Below are positions 8,596-18,900 of a stretch of DNA of 64,000 nt, piece after piece. Origin of the DNA: Candidatus Latescibacterota bacterium (GTDB taxonomy: Bacteria; Latescibacterota; UBA2968; GCA-2709665); NCBI GenBank assembly GCA_965248435.1, contig OZ252100.1, forward strand, positions 4,608,001-4,672,000, read 5' to 3'. Position 1 is the stretch's first letter. Each line of letters starts with the position of its first letter. The notes beneath the pieces were generated by a model. It did no database searches. It was not told where the DNA came from and saw only the letters and a list, made by a program, of their open reading frames with translations. The translations under genes and the position numbers were made by a program.

Positions 8596-9663
8596 TTGGA
8601 TATTCCAAAAACGGCCGACTTCGGCGCGAAGCTTTCCGACTACGACTACGATCTCCCGACGTCGTCTATCGCTCTGTATCCAACGGCTGAGCGAGATCAG
8701 TCCAAGTTGATGGTGCTGCACCGTCAGGAACAGAGGGTCGAGCACAGGGTTTTCCGCGATCTGCCCGAGTTCCTGGCGGCGGGGGACTGTCTCGTCATCA
8801 ACGAGACGAAGGTCTTTCCCGCGCGGCTCAGGGGCGTCCGAGCAGAGACCGGGGGCGCGATAGAGCTCCTCTTGCTCAGGCGAGATGGTGATCTGTGGGA
8901 GGCGCTTGCTCGTCCCGCGAGAAGACTGAAAGTGGGGGCCGAGGTGAGGCTTGAGGATGGCTCGCTCACGGCGGTGGTTGAAGCGGTCTGTCCCTCTGGA
9001 CGTCGACTCATTCGATTCGTTTTAGACGGTGCGCTCGAGGAGGTGCTGGACCGGATCGGGGAGGTGCCGCTCCCTCCCTACATCCATAGAGAGGCGGAGG
9101 CAGATGACCGGCAGCGATATCAAACCGTCTACGCTCGCAAGACGGGCGCTGTCGCCGCTCCTACAGCCGGACTCCATTTCACAGATGGTCTTCTGGCGCA
9201 GATAGGGGAAGCAGGCGTGGAAGTGGCGCCGATCGTCCTCCACGTCGGTCCTGGGACCTTTCGCCCCGTAGCGGAGGAGGACCCCGCGGACCACGAGATG
9301 GAGGCGGAGTCCTTCGAGGTGAGCTCCGAGTCCGCCGAACGGATCAACCTGTGTCGGCGTAAGGGCGGGCGTGTCGTGGCCGTGGGAACGACTTCAGTGC
9401 GCACTCTCGAGTCGGTCGTCGAAAAGGAAGGGGAAGATTGGGTCGCGAGGCCCGACTCGGGGTGGACAGAGCTCTTCATCAGGCCTCCGTACCCGTTTGT
9501 GATGGTGGACGCGCTGATTACCAATTTTCACCTGCCTCGCTCCACACTGCTGATGCTGGTTTCCGCGTTTGCCGGCAGGCAGTTTGTTATGGAGGCGTAT
9601 GCGCAGGCGATCAGGGAGGGATATCGGTTTTACAGTTACGGTGATGCGATGTTGATCCTGTAA
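8596..9663 (+). CDS. queA: S-adenosylmethionine:tRNA ribosyltransferase-isomerase
   Basis: DYDYDLP, PLPPYI, YQTVYA..GAVAAPTAGLHF, TNFHLPRSTL, YRFYSYGDAMLIL. Confidence 0.97.
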   Translation: MDIPKTADFGAKLSDYDYDLPTSSIALYPTAERDQSKLMVLHRQEQRVEHRVFRDLPEFLAAGDCLVINETKVFPARLRGVRAETGGAIELLLLRRDGDLWEALARPARRLKVGAEVRLEDGSLTAVVEAVCPSGRRLIRFVLDGALEEVLDRIGEVPLPPYIHREAEADDRQRYQTVYARKTGAVAAPTAGLHFTDGLLAQIGEAGVEVAPIVLHVGPGTFRPVAEEDPADHEMEAESFEVSSESAERINLCRRKGGRVVAVGTTSVRTLESVVEKEGEDWVARPDSGWTELFIRPPYPFVMVDALITNFHLPRSTLLMLVSAFAGRQFVMEAYAQAIREGYRFYSYGDAMLIL

Positions 9664-9682
9664 AGAAAAGAGGCGCTAAGGT

Positions 9683-9800
9683 TGGAGTAATGGAGTAATG
9701 GAGTAATGGAGTAATGGAAGACCAGAGCCAAGAACCTGCCTAAGTGTTTCCCAATACTCCAACACTCCAGTACTGCAACACTCCAGAATCGCAGAGCTGA
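9683..9800. repeat. (TGGAGTAA)4 array with downstream complementary CTCCA repeats, element copy 1
   Basis: 4 octamer units at 9683-9714, then CCAATACTCCAACACTCCAGTACTGCAACACTCCAGAATCGCA, shared with 12288-12335. Confidence 0.8.
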
Positions 9801-9848
9801 TAGAATGACAAGCCGCGCAGTCTTTCAAATCATGACGAGGAGCTAATT

Positions 9849-10703
9849 ATGCTGACGTTTCCAATCGTGGATTGCCATGTACACTTCTGGGATATGAACC
9901 GGCTCACGTATCGCTGGCTGGATGACGCCCCCAAGATCAACCGGCCTTTTCTCCCGAAGGATTATAAGGAGGCGTGCGGGGATGTGGAGGTGGAACGCAT
10001 CGTGTTCCTCCAGGCTGAGGTGGATCCAGCCCAGTTCATGGGTGAGGCCGACTGGGTGACGTCGCTGGCGAAAGAAGATCCAAGGATCGAAGGCATGGTG
10101 CCGTGGGCACCTCTGGAGAATGGCGACGCTGCCAGGGATGATCTGGAGACGCTGGCACAAAATCGCCTCGTAAAGGGCGTCCGAAGGATTATCCAGTTCG
10201 AGCAGGACATCGAATTCTGTCTCCGCCCGGATTTCGTGAAGGGCGTTCAGGCAGTGGAAGATTTCGGATTGAGTTTCGACATCTGTATTCTCCATCCACA
10301 GCTTGCGAACACGATCGAGATGGTTCGTCAGTGTCCGAACGTGCGCTTCATGCTCGACCATATCGCAAAGCCGGGCATCAAGGACGGGCTGGTGGAGCCG
10401 TGGAAGCAGGAGCTGAAGACCCTGTCGGAGATGGAGAACGTCTGGTGCAAGATTTCGGGCGTCGCTACGGAGGCGGACCACGACAACTGGACGCGTGATG
10501 ACCTGAGACCGTATATCGAACACGTCGTGGACTGCTTCGGGTTCGACAGAGTTGCCTTTGGGAGTGATTGGCCGGTGGCGACGTTGGCCATAACGTATCC
10601 GACCTGGGTCGAGACGATCTGCTGGGCACTGGAGGGATGTTCAGAGGAAGAACTGCGAAAGTTGTTCCACGATAATGCGATGGCATTTTACCGGCTAGGG
10701 TAG
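9849..10703 (+). CDS. amidohydrolase family protein (L-fuconolactonase-like)
   Basis: IVDCHVHFW, LDHIAKP, CKISG, FGFDRVAFGSDWPV. Confidence 0.85.
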   Translation: MLTFPIVDCHVHFWDMNRLTYRWLDDAPKINRPFLPKDYKEACGDVEVERIVFLQAEVDPAQFMGEADWVTSLAKEDPRIEGMVPWAPLENGDAARDDLETLAQNRLVKGVRRIIQFEQDIEFCLRPDFVKGVQAVEDFGLSFDICILHPQLANTIEMVRQCPNVRFMLDHIAKPGIKDGLVEPWKQELKTLSEMENVWCKISGVATEADHDNWTRDDLRPYIEHVVDCFGFDRVAFGSDWPVATLAITYPTWVETICWALEGCSEEELRKLFHDNAMAFYRLG

Positions 10704-10709
10704 AAAGGC

Positions 10710-10769
10710 CGGGTACCGGGGAACCAAAACACGGGTACCGGGGAACCGAAACACGGGTACCGGGGAACC
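10710..10769. repeat. 22-bp tandem repeat (2.7 copies)
   Basis: CGGGTACCGGGGAACC(A/G)AAACA units at 10710, 10732, 10754. Confidence 0.85.
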
Positions 10770-10800
10770 TGGCCCAGTTCACGACGCCCTCCACTGGGCC

Positions 10801-10824
10801 GTAGAGACGCCCCGTGGGGCGTCT
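10801..10824. repeat. GTAG-type REP palindrome
   Basis: GTAGAGACGCCCCGTGGGGCGTCT; sister copy at 14219-14246; related palindrome at 58019-58045. Confidence 0.7.
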
Positions 10825-10847
10825 TCGGAAAGATAAAAAGAGACGTC

Positions 10848-12062
10848 ATGACAGACGAGCGACGATCGACGATCGACGAGCGACGGACTTGCGCGATCAT
10901 CTTAGCCGCGGGTTCCGGACGCCGGATGGGGTCAGAGGAGGCCAAGCAGTTTCGATCGCTCGCGGGCAAGCCGGTGCTGGCCCACACGCTTGGCGCCTTC
11001 GAATCGGCGGAGAGCGTGGACCGCGTGGTGGTTGTTGCCAGGGCGGAAGAGATCGACCGATGCCGGGACGAGGTCGTGGACCGGTTCGGGTTCGAGAAAG
11101 TCTTTGCCGTTGTCGAAGGGGGAAAGGAACGGCAGGATTCAGTCGCCGAGGGGCTCAAGGAGGCGAGTGACGCTGAGGTGATCGTGATCCACGACGGGGT
11201 TCGGCCGCTGATTCGGTCGGCACAGATCAATGCCGTCGTGGCCGTTGGATCGCGAGACGGGGCGGCCGTGCTGGCCGTGCCCGTGTCCAGCACGATCAAG
11301 GGCGTGGAGGACGAGTGGGTGCAGGAGACGCTGGATCGTTCGCGGCTCTGGAGCGTGCAGACGCCTCAAGCCTTCCGCGCAGATGTGATCAGGAAGGCGC
11401 ACGAAGAGGCAAGGCGAGACGGTTTTCTGGGGACGGACGATGCGGCGCTCGTGGAGAGGATTGGGGAGCCGGTGAGGGTGGTTGAAGGCCGGTGGGACAA
11501 TTTGAAGCTGACGACGCAAGAGGACTTCGAGATGGCGGAACAGATCGTGATGCATCGGGCCGGGACGAGCGCGCTCCGGATCGGACACGGCTATGACGTC
11601 CACCGGCTTGAATCGGGTCGGCCGCTCATCCTGGGGGGCGTTGAGGTTCCGCACGAGCGTGGGCTCGCCGGCCACTCGGACGCAGACGTCCTGTCGCACG
11701 CGGTCACGGACGCGATCCTGGGCGCGCTGAGCCTCGGCGATATCGGCCGTCATTTTCCCGATACCGATCCGAAGTATGCCGGGATCTCGAGTCTGAAGCT
11801 GCTGGCGCAGGTGACGGAAAAGGTGAAGGCGGCCGGGGCGGTAATCGTGAACGTGGATGCGACCGTGATGGCTCAGCGCCCGAAGCTCTCGCCCCATATT
11901 CCGGAGATGGAATCCCGCATCGCTAAGGCGTTGGGAATCGGCTCCGAGCTCATTTCCGTAAAAGCGACGACGACGGAGGGGCTCGGTTTCGTGGGGACGG
12001 AGGAGGGGATGGCGGCGCAGGCTGTGGCGCTGCTTGGAGTGGGCAAGCCTGGAGAGGGATAG
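10848..12062 (+). CDS. ispDF: bifunctional IspD/IspF (MEP pathway)
   Basis: [39 protein letters not shown]; then [34 protein letters not shown]. Confidence 0.95.
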   Translation: MTDERRSTIDERRTCAIILAAGSGRRMGSEEAKQFRSLAGKPVLAHTLGAFESAESVDRVVVVARAEEIDRCRDEVVDRFGFEKVFAVVEGGKERQDSVAEGLKEASDAEVIVIHDGVRPLIRSAQINAVVAVGSRDGAAVLAVPVSSTIKGVEDEWVQETLDRSRLWSVQTPQAFRADVIRKAHEEARRDGFLGTDDAALVERIGEPVRVVEGRWDNLKLTTQEDFEMAEQIVMHRAGTSALRIGHGYDVHRLESGRPLILGGVEVPHERGLAGHSDADVLSHAVTDAILGALSLGDIGRHFPDTDPKYAGISSLKLLAQVTEKVKAAGAVIVNVDATVMAQRPKLSPHIPEMESRIAKALGIGSELISVKATTTEGLGFVGTEEGMAAQAVALLGVGKPGEG

Positions 12063-12082
12063 AAGCGCGAGAATTGGGGGAA

Positions 12083-12335
12083 TGGAGTAATGGAGTAGTG
12101 GAGTAATGGAGTAATGGAGTAATGGAGTAATGGAGTAGTGGAGTAGTGGAGTAATGGAGTAATGGAGTAGTGGAGTAATGGAGTAATGGAGTAATGGAGT
12201 AATGGAGTAATGGAGTAATGGAGTAATGGAGTAATGGAGTAATGGAGTAATGGAGTAATGGGAGGCGGAGCTAAGATTCTGGTTTTTCCAATACTCCAGC
12301 ACTCCAGTACTGCAATGCTCCAGAATCGCAAAGCT
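12083..12335. repeat. (TGGAGTAR)22 octamer array with complementary CTCCA tail, element copy 2
   Basis: 22 contiguous units at 12083-12258; tail CCAATACTCCAGCACTCCAGTACTGCAATGCTCCAGAATCGCA matches the 9751-9793 tail. Confidence 0.9.
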
Positions 12336-12370
12336 GTAAGGATGATTCTAAACTGAGGAAGAAACTCGAT

Positions 12371-13066
12371 TTGGAATATTTCGCAGAGCTCTGGACCGAA
12401 TTTCTCGAATTCCTGAGGACTCAGCCTCCGGCGGGGATCTATTTTTTCCTCTTCCTTGGCGCGTTTTTGGAGAACCTCGTTCCCCCCATCCCGGGCGATA
12501 CGCTGATCGTCTTCGGGGCATACCTGGCCGGGATCGGGATCATTCGAGCGATGCCGGCCTACCTCTCGATGTTCGCTGGAAGTGCGTTGGGATGCATGCT
12601 GGTCTACGTGCTGGCCTATTTAAAAGGTCGCGAGCTGTTCATGAAGTGGGAGCCGCGCATCTTCACGGAAGACCGAATGCGGCGCGGTGAGGCCTGGTTC
12701 GATCGCTACGGTCCGCGCGTGGTGATTTTCAACCGCTTCCTGCCCACGGTGCGGGCCTTCATCGGGGTGGTGGCCGGCTTGAGCAGGATGCATCCGGTTC
12801 GGATGTTTGCCTACGTGCTTTTGGCTACCCTTTTGTGGAACAGCCTGCTCGTCTATTTCGGGTTGATGGTGGGTGAAAACTGGGGTCTGGTCGTCGATGT
12901 GCTGAAGGCCTATAATCGGGTACTGATCGTCCTGATGGTGATCGCCGTGGCAGGCTATTTCCTGTGGTGGCGGAAGCGGAAGCGACCGAAGGCTGGCGAG
13001 GAAACGGAGTCGGAATCAGCATCGGAACCTGTGGACCGCCAGGCCGAGTCGGGAGGAGCGACATGA
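12371..13066 (+). CDS. DedA family membrane protein
   Basis: ENLVPPIPGD, FDRYG..VVIFNRFLPTVR..I..VAG. Confidence 0.9.
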   Translation: MEYFAELWTEFLEFLRTQPPAGIYFFLFLGAFLENLVPPIPGDTLIVFGAYLAGIGIIRAMPAYLSMFAGSALGCMLVYVLAYLKGRELFMKWEPRIFTEDRMRRGEAWFDRYGPRVVIFNRFLPTVRAFIGVVAGLSRMHPVRMFAYVLLATLLWNSLLVYFGLMVGENWGLVVDVLKAYNRVLIVLMVIAVAGYFLWWRKRKRPKAGEETESESASEPVDRQAESGGAT

Positions 13067-14178
13067 AGAAGAAGGTTCGGGTCGGAGTGCTTTTCGGAGG
13101 GAAATCGGCCGAGCACGAGATCTCACTGCTTTCTGCCAGGAATGTGGTCGAGTCGATCGACAGGCAGAAGTATGACGTTGTCCTCATCGGGGTCGACAAG
13201 ACGGGGCAGTGGTCTCTGAGCGATGGCGCGGGCCTTCTGGAGGAGGCCAACCCGGACCGTCTCCCCGCACTGAAGGAGGGGAGCGAAGCGGAGGGAGTGA
13301 CCCTCGTTCCCACCTCGGGGGGAGGAGAGCTTCTTCGGACCTCTGATGGGGGGGCGGCGCCACCGGTGGACGTGATCTTTCCGGTAATGCACGGGCCGTT
13401 CGGCGAAGACGGCACGGTGCAGGGGCTCTTGAAGCTGGCCGACATCCCGTTCGTCGGGGCGAGCGTGCTGGGTTCCGCTGTTGCGATGGACAAGGATGTG
13501 ATGAAGCGCCTGCTGCGCGATGCGGGGATCCCGATTCCGGCCTTTTTGGCCGTGACCCGCTCGCAGCGATCAGACCTGAGCTACAGCGCGGTCGCGGATC
13601 AGCTCGGCGTGCCGTTTTTCGTGAAGCCGGCCAACCTGGGTTCTTCTGTGGGCATCAGCAAAGTGCACGAGGAGGGGGAATTTCTTCCGGCGATCGCGGA
13701 TGCGTTCGAATACGACGACAAGATTCTGATCGAGGAAAACATTCTCGGACGGGAGATCGAGTGTTCTGTCCTTGGCAACGAGGACCCGATCGCGTCTAGG
13801 ATCGGAGAGATTATTCCGAAGCACGAATTCTACTCTTACGAAGCGAAATACCTGGATGAAAACGGCGCGATTCTGAAGATCCCCGCCGAGCTTCCCGAAG
13901 ATACCGTCAAGGAAGTGCAGGACGTCGCGATCAGAAGCTTCAAGGTGCTCTGCTGTGAAGGCATGGCCCGCGTAGATCTGTTCCTGACGGAGAAGAACGA
14001 AGTGGTTCTGAACGAGCTGAACACAATTCCGGGATTCACGCGGATCAGCATGTATCCAAAGCTCTGGGAGGCGAGCGGCATGTCTTACACGGAGCTGGTT
14101 GACCGATTGATTCAGCTGGCGATAGATCGGTACGAGAGGGAGCAGAAACTAAAGACCTCTTATGATGACGAGGGGTAG
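13063..14178 (+). CDS. ddl: D-alanine--D-alanine ligase
   Basis: FGGKSAEHEISL, HGPFGEDGTVQG, KPANLGSSVG, FYSYEAKY, NELNTIPGFT; ATGA overlap with dedA. Confidence 0.96.
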   Translation: MKKKVRVGVLFGGKSAEHEISLLSARNVVESIDRQKYDVVLIGVDKTGQWSLSDGAGLLEEANPDRLPALKEGSEAEGVTLVPTSGGGELLRTSDGGAAPPVDVIFPVMHGPFGEDGTVQGLLKLADIPFVGASVLGSAVAMDKDVMKRLLRDAGIPIPAFLAVTRSQRSDLSYSAVADQLGVPFFVKPANLGSSVGISKVHEEGEFLPAIADAFEYDDKILIEENILGREIECSVLGNEDPIASRIGEIIPKHEFYSYEAKYLDENGAILKIPAELPEDTVKEVQDVAIRSFKVLCCEGMARVDLFLTEKNEVVLNELNTIPGFTRISMYPKLWEASGMSYTELVDRLIQLAIDRYEREQKLKTSYDDEG

Positions 14179-14183
14179 AGGCC

Positions 14184-14386
14184 GTGAATCGTGGATCGTG
14201 GATGGTCGTTCCTAGCCTGTAGAGACGCCCCGGTGGGGCGTCTCTATGGCGATTTTAGGCGCCCGGGTGGGCGGCGACCGGTGTCTAGATCGGCCGGGGT
14301 GGGTCGTTCGGCAGCGGGGGAATGAATTCCCGCGCTGGATAGCGCAAAGTCCGCCCTCGGGCGGACTCGCCAGCTGGATCGTGGAT
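14184..14386. repeat. composite intergenic REP cluster
   Basis: GTGGATC/GTGAATC heptamers, GTAG REP (14219-14246) and GGAATGAATTCC element (14313-14368). Confidence 0.65.
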
Positions 14387-14433
14387 CAGAAAAACGCGGC
14401 GTTCGGTTCCATTATCAGGTAAGAATTCATCAC

Positions 14434-15852
14434 ATGGCCATTCAATTTTATAATACGCTTACTCGCACAAAAGAGACGTTGAAACCCATAAGGCCCGAAG
14501 TGGTTACGTTTTACAGCTGCGGGCCGACGGTCTACGATTACAGCCACATCGGAAACTTCCGCGCCTTCCTGACAGCTGACCTGGTCAAGCGCTACCTGAA
14601 GTATCGCGGTTTCCAGGTCAAGCACGTGATGAACATTACCGACGTGGACGACAAGACGATTCGGAATTCAAGGGCTGAGGGGGTGACCCTCGAGGCGCTG
14701 ACCGGGCGCTACACAGATGCATTCTTCGAGGATCTGAAGCGGCTGAACATCCAACCCGCGGACGAATACCCCAGAGCGACGGAGCATATCCAGGAGATGG
14801 TCGAGATGGTGACCGGGCTGATCGAGGATGGATACGCTTACCGGCGCGACGGCTCAGTCTACTTTTCCATCCAGAAGTTCCAGACCTACGGAGAGCTGGC
14901 GAACCTGGACGTAAAAAACCTGAAGATGGGCGCGAGCGGGGTGGATGCGGACGAATATGACAAAGAGAACGCAAGGGATTTCGTGGTCTGGAAGGGGTGG
15001 CAGGAGGAAGACGGGGAGGTGTTCTGGGACACGGACCTGGGCAAAGGGCGCCCGGGGTGGCACCTGGAGTGCTCCTGCATGTCGATGAAGTATCTGGGCG
15101 AGACGATCGATATCCACGCAGGCGGCGAAGACCTGGTTTTTCCGCACCATCAGAACGAGATCGCCCAAAGCGAGGCGGCAACAGGGAATAAGTTTGCGAA
15201 CACGTGGCTGCATAATGCCTACATGAAGATCGATGAGCAGAAGATGTCCAAGAGCACGGGGAATTTTCTGAGGCTCCAGGACGTCGCAAGCTCGCCGGAC
15301 GATGTCCGCGCGCTTCGCTACCTGGTCGTGGCTTCTCATTATCGGATGCCGCTCAACTTTACGATGGAGGTGCTGCAGGGGGCAAAGGGGGCGCTGCGCC
15401 GACTGAATAATTTTCGCACCCGACTGAAGGAAGTCGAGCTGAAGGCCGGCGGGACGGATCCCTCCGAGCTCGTCGAAACGGCGAAGACCGAATTCGTCCG
15501 TCATATGGATGACGATCTGAACAGCCCGCGTGCGGTGGCGGCCCTGTTCGATCTGGTGAACGAGCTGGAGCCGCTGTTGAATGAAGGAAAGCTGGACCGG
15601 TCGGTCGCCGGTCAGGTGGATGCCTTGATCGAGGAGGTGGACCAGGTGCTGGGCGTGTTCTACGCGCTGCCGGAGGAGGGAGAGGAGGAGGCGCTTCCAG
15701 AGGAGGTAAAGACGCTGATCTCAGAGCGCGAAGCGGCACGCGTGGCCCGCGACTGGGCGAAGGCGGACGAGATTCGTGATCAGGTTCTAGAGCTTGGATA
15801 TGTCCTGGAAGACACGCCGGAAGGGACGGAGTGGAAGAGAAGTGGAACGTAA
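14434..15852 (+). CDS. cysS: cysteine--tRNA ligase
   Basis: CGPTVYDYSHIGN, NITDVDDK, GRPGWHLECS, DIHAGGEDL.FPHH.NE, KMSKS. Confidence 0.97.
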   Translation: MAIQFYNTLTRTKETLKPIRPEVVTFYSCGPTVYDYSHIGNFRAFLTADLVKRYLKYRGFQVKHVMNITDVDDKTIRNSRAEGVTLEALTGRYTDAFFEDLKRLNIQPADEYPRATEHIQEMVEMVTGLIEDGYAYRRDGSVYFSIQKFQTYGELANLDVKNLKMGASGVDADEYDKENARDFVVWKGWQEEDGEVFWDTDLGKGRPGWHLECSCMSMKYLGETIDIHAGGEDLVFPHHQNEIAQSEAATGNKFANTWLHNAYMKIDEQKMSKSTGNFLRLQDVASSPDDVRALRYLVVASHYRMPLNFTMEVLQGAKGALRRLNNFRTRLKEVELKAGGTDPSELVETAKTEFVRHMDDDLNSPRAVAALFDLVNELEPLLNEGKLDRSVAGQVDALIEEVDQVLGVFYALPEEGEEEALPEEVKTLISEREAARVARDWAKADEIRDQVLELGYVLEDTPEGTEWKRSGT

Positions 15853-16031
15853 TCGGAAAAGCTGGATCACTAAAAGACACGAAATCCCACGAAAACACAC
15901 GAAGCCCCACCTCCCCCGCATACTTATGAGCTGATTGCGATTCACGATCGACGAACGACGCAATCGGAATATAGGAAGGAAGAGCAAAAAGTTTACTGAA
16001 GGGCGAATTGACTCGCTGCGTACCTACCGAA

Positions 16032-16104
16032 GCCGCCTTAGCTCAACCGGTAGAGCAACGGATTTGTAATCCGTAGGTTGGGGGTTCGAGTCCCCTGGGC
16101 GGCT
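16032..16104 (+). tRNA. tRNA-Thr(UGU), CCA not encoded
   Basis: GCCGCCT/GGGCGGC acceptor stem, D-arm GCTC..GAGC, anticodon arm ACGGA-TTTGTAA-TCCGT, T-arm GGGGG-TTCGAGT-CCCCT. Confidence 0.95.
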
Positions 16105-17493
16105 TTAAAACACGTGGATCGTGGATCGTCGCTCGTCGTTCGCAAGCAGAAGTCAGTTCACCGCTTGGACCTTGCCCGGGAGTGGGCTCAGACGGTTAAA
16201 GCGGATGCCATTCGCGGCGAGATTCGCGGAAATAGGAAGCTGGAGCCCATACCGTTTGGCACATTCGCTGATGAATACCTGAAGGTCTGGGGTCTTAAGC
16301 GGAAACCAAGCACTGTTGAACGAGAGAAGACCCGCATTGATGGAATCCTAAAACCATATTTCGGACAGAAACCCATCCATACCATTTCCCGCAAGGATAT
16401 TGACGTCTATATTGCCAGGCGCATGAGCGGCGAATTTCGCATACGCATCTCCGGAGGTATCTCCAAGGCAACCGCGAACAGAGAACTTTGTCGTTTGAAG
16501 AACATGCTTCAGAAAGCTGTCGAGTGGGCATACCTACCGAGTAATCGAGCCGAAGGGATCAAGCAGGAACCGGAGAATGTTGAGGAAGCTGACCTTCTAA
16601 GCGAGGAGGAAGTAGCCAGCCTGTTGGAGGCCTGTGACGAAAATATTCAAGCCCTGGTGGTAGCAGCTGTTAATACTGGTATGAGATGGGGAGAGTTAAT
16701 GGCGCTCGAATGGAGGGATATTGACTTTGAGCGGACGCTGATAACTGTGCGGGATTCCAAGAATAATGAGACACGTTATGTACGAATGAATACGGCTGTC
16801 AGCCAAGCCCTGGAATCTCATCAGCGAAATCAGGCACAGAAAGCTGGGGGCATCGGTCCGATTGTCTTCGCAAACCAAGATACAGGCAAGCCCTATCGGG
16901 ACATCCGCGGACCTTTTTACAGAGCTCTACGCAAGGCTGGAATAGCTCGGCACTTTGCTTTTTACGGCCTTCGGCACACAGCTGCCAGCCATCTGGTCAT
17001 GGCAGGTGTTGATCTCCGAACAGTAGGGAAGATCCTTGGACATAAGACGGCTCAGATTACCCTTCGATATGCCCACCTTGCCGAAGACCATCTGAAGGGC
17101 GCCGTTGACAAGCTCGATTTCTCACCCGCAAGGTTCGAAGCGAATCGCGTGGATAAAAGCCTATAAAGACTCCAGGGATTTTCGTTCGAAAGAATCAGGG
17201 CCTTCACTCCTTTGTGATGGCCCTACTTGTATGTCCCTCTAAGCACCTCATGAATGCCATTTATATTCAGGCTTTTCAGGTTATTTCGTCTAGTTTCATA
17301 AGCGTTTGTGCTGTATAGACAAAGGCCGAGGACATTTGTATATTGATTCGTGGTATTTCGGCCGGTTTTGGCTTGGCTTGTTAGAAAATTGTTAGAAAAC
17401 CCCGTGCTGGTTCTATAAGTAGCATTCACGAACAGGTTCAGATTATTTCCCTGTGGGGTGGATTCTGCGAAGTTCGTGATATACCCCGCTTCA
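16060..17493 (+). repeat. ~1.43-kb direct repeat, left copy
   Basis: Aligns with 41821-43260 apart from scattered substitutions and two small indels. Confidence 0.95.
16114..17166 (+). CDS. tyrosine integrase, probably 5'-truncated and catalytically impaired (HxxR His to Tyr)
   Basis: TGMRWGE, DSKN, FYGLRH, LGHK, RYAH; no clear RBS or start outside the tRNA. Confidence 0.75.
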   Translation: MDRGSSLVVRKQKSVHRLDLAREWAQTVKADAIRGEIRGNRKLEPIPFGTFADEYLKVWGLKRKPSTVEREKTRIDGILKPYFGQKPIHTISRKDIDVYIARRMSGEFRIRISGGISKATANRELCRLKNMLQKAVEWAYLPSNRAEGIKQEPENVEEADLLSEEEVASLLEACDENIQALVVAAVNTGMRWGELMALEWRDIDFERTLITVRDSKNNETRYVRMNTAVSQALESHQRNQAQKAGGIGPIVFANQDTGKPYRDIRGPFYRALRKAGIARHFAFYGLRHTAASHLVMAGVDLRTVGKILGHKTAQITLRYAHLAEDHLKGAVDKLDFSPARFEANRVDKSL

Positions 17494-17946
17494 ACAGTCT
17501 CGCACTCAAAGAGCCGCTACGCAGAGCCGGTGCCGGCGTTTGAAGTGGAGATTTTGGACACGGTAGAGGGAATGACGGTTGTCCGTTATGCCGGGGCGTC
17601 CAAGACACGTTCCCAAGAGAAGCTTGAGGAGGCCAAGGAGTTCATTCTGCAGCTTGCTGCTGGCGGCGAGACGCACCTTAGGATGGAAATTATCGAAAAG
17701 GGCACAATGGCAGGCCACAAGCGGGATGCCCTGGACGCCGCTCGTAAGGACCTGATAGGCGCAAAGGAAGTCATTTCGGTCGAGCAGGGCAGGAAAAAGG
17801 GCATACGGCTTCCTTCCGATGTTCCTGAGGATATATATACTTCCGGAAAGTCGGAAGATTGTTTGGTAAATGATCAGACAGACGAGGACACACCGGAGGT
17901 TGTGCAAGAAGAGAGTGCGGATGACCTGCTTAGGAGTGCGGTGTGA
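17494..17946 (+). pseudogene. C-terminal fragment of a mobile-element protein (possibly replication/AAA-associated)
   Basis: Open frame without a credible start, beginning at the repeat junction; winged-helix-like EAKEFILQLA..R.EIIEKG..G segment. Confidence 0.35.
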
Positions 17947-17962
17947 AAAGGATTTTAGACCA

Positions 17963-18187
17963 ATGAATAAAAGGCCTACCCCTATGAAGGCCATACGAGC
18001 AAAATGCCTCGATTGTTGTTGCGGATCGACAAAGGAAGTTCGGCTTTGTCACATTACAGATTGCGGCCTATGGCCATTCCGGATGGGCCGAAGGCCAAGG
18101 CCCGATGATTTGACAGAAAATCCTGAGATAGCAAAGAGATTTTTCGGTTCTGAGGCAAATGAGGGGCGGCCTCGGGATTCTGGCTAA
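17963..18187 (+). CDS. small Cys-rich mobile-element protein
   Basis: MNKRPTPMKAIRAKCLDCCCGSTKEVRLCHITDCGLWPFRMG; putative Zn-binding motif seen in phage/satellite ORFs. Confidence 0.6.
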   Translation: MNKRPTPMKAIRAKCLDCCCGSTKEVRLCHITDCGLWPFRMGRRPRPDDLTENPEIAKRFFGSEANEGRPRDSG

Positions 18188-18349
18188 GTCCTGAGATTGT
18201 AAGGGTTGCCCGTCGGTCCAAACTTTCCGCATTTGGTGTCCATAAAACGTCTGCCAAATTGATCACCTAAGTCCTTGACTTACTTGGTCAATTTTTTGTG
18301 CCTTGGGTGCCCAAGAAACTACAGATTAATGGACAGAGAGGAGGCAGAA

Positions 18350-18503
18350 ATGGCAGCCAATGTAGGCAATAGAGCGGTCATATACGCTCGTGTGTCAACC
18401 CGTTGAAGAGATACGCAGGCTGCGTAGACAAGAGAAACTCAGCCTGAGAGAGGTAGGGAAGAGGCTATCAGTTTCGAAAAGTACTGTTGAGAACTACGCC
18501 TAG
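18350..18503 (+). pseudogene. internally deleted serine resolvase
   Basis: GAGGAGG RBS; MAANVGNRAVIYARVST N-terminus joined out of frame to the C-terminal HTH EEIRRLRRQEKLSLREVGKRLSVSKSTVENYA*; res-like TGTCCAT..ATGGACA inverted motif upstream. Confidence 0.75.
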
Positions 18504-18717
18504 ACCGCCGTGCCTAGACCACCCTGGGGGGAGCCCCCGGGGTGGGGGGCCCTTCGACAGGGGGGCGTGGGGTACGTGTAGAAAAACGATAGGGAGCAAA
18601 AGCAGTTCCCCACCCCCATTTCCGTACATCTATGAAAATTCCTGCAAATCCGGACTGAGAGAATTGATTTGGCAGTAATCGTTGTGCTGAGTTATGTTGG
18701 CCACTAACTTGCAAGAC

Positions 18718-18900
18718 ATGACACCGGAACAGAAAGCAATCCAGGGCCACGGCACCGATAGGTCAGGCGCAGAGCTTCCCACGCGATTCATCGCCATTGC
18801 GTTCTTTCTTACGATCGCGGCGATGGTTGGCCTGGGGTACCAGGTGTGGCGATCCTATGAAAACCTGAGTTCAATCCAGCGTTCGATCGTTGAGTCGTAG
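18718..18900 (+). pseudogene. truncated N-terminal transmembrane segment, probably of a sensor protein
   Basis: RFIAIAFFLTIAAMVGLGYQVWRSY transmembrane helix followed by an early stop. Confidence 0.35.

Noticed and set aside
10710-10769. Possible mini-CRISPR or iterons
   Set aside because: Head-to-tail 22-bp units without unique spacers; no rep gene nearby
12083-12258. Possible CRISPR array
   Set aside because: Contiguous 8-bp units with no spacers; no cas genes in the window
11139-12331. Minus-strand ORFs with HYSITPLL repeats
   Set aside because: Translation of the TGGAGTAA array and antisense of ispDF
16078-16113. Integrase start inside the tRNA as given by the ORF track
   Set aside because: The TTG lies within the tRNA with no RBS; more likely an open frame by chance upstream of a truncated gene
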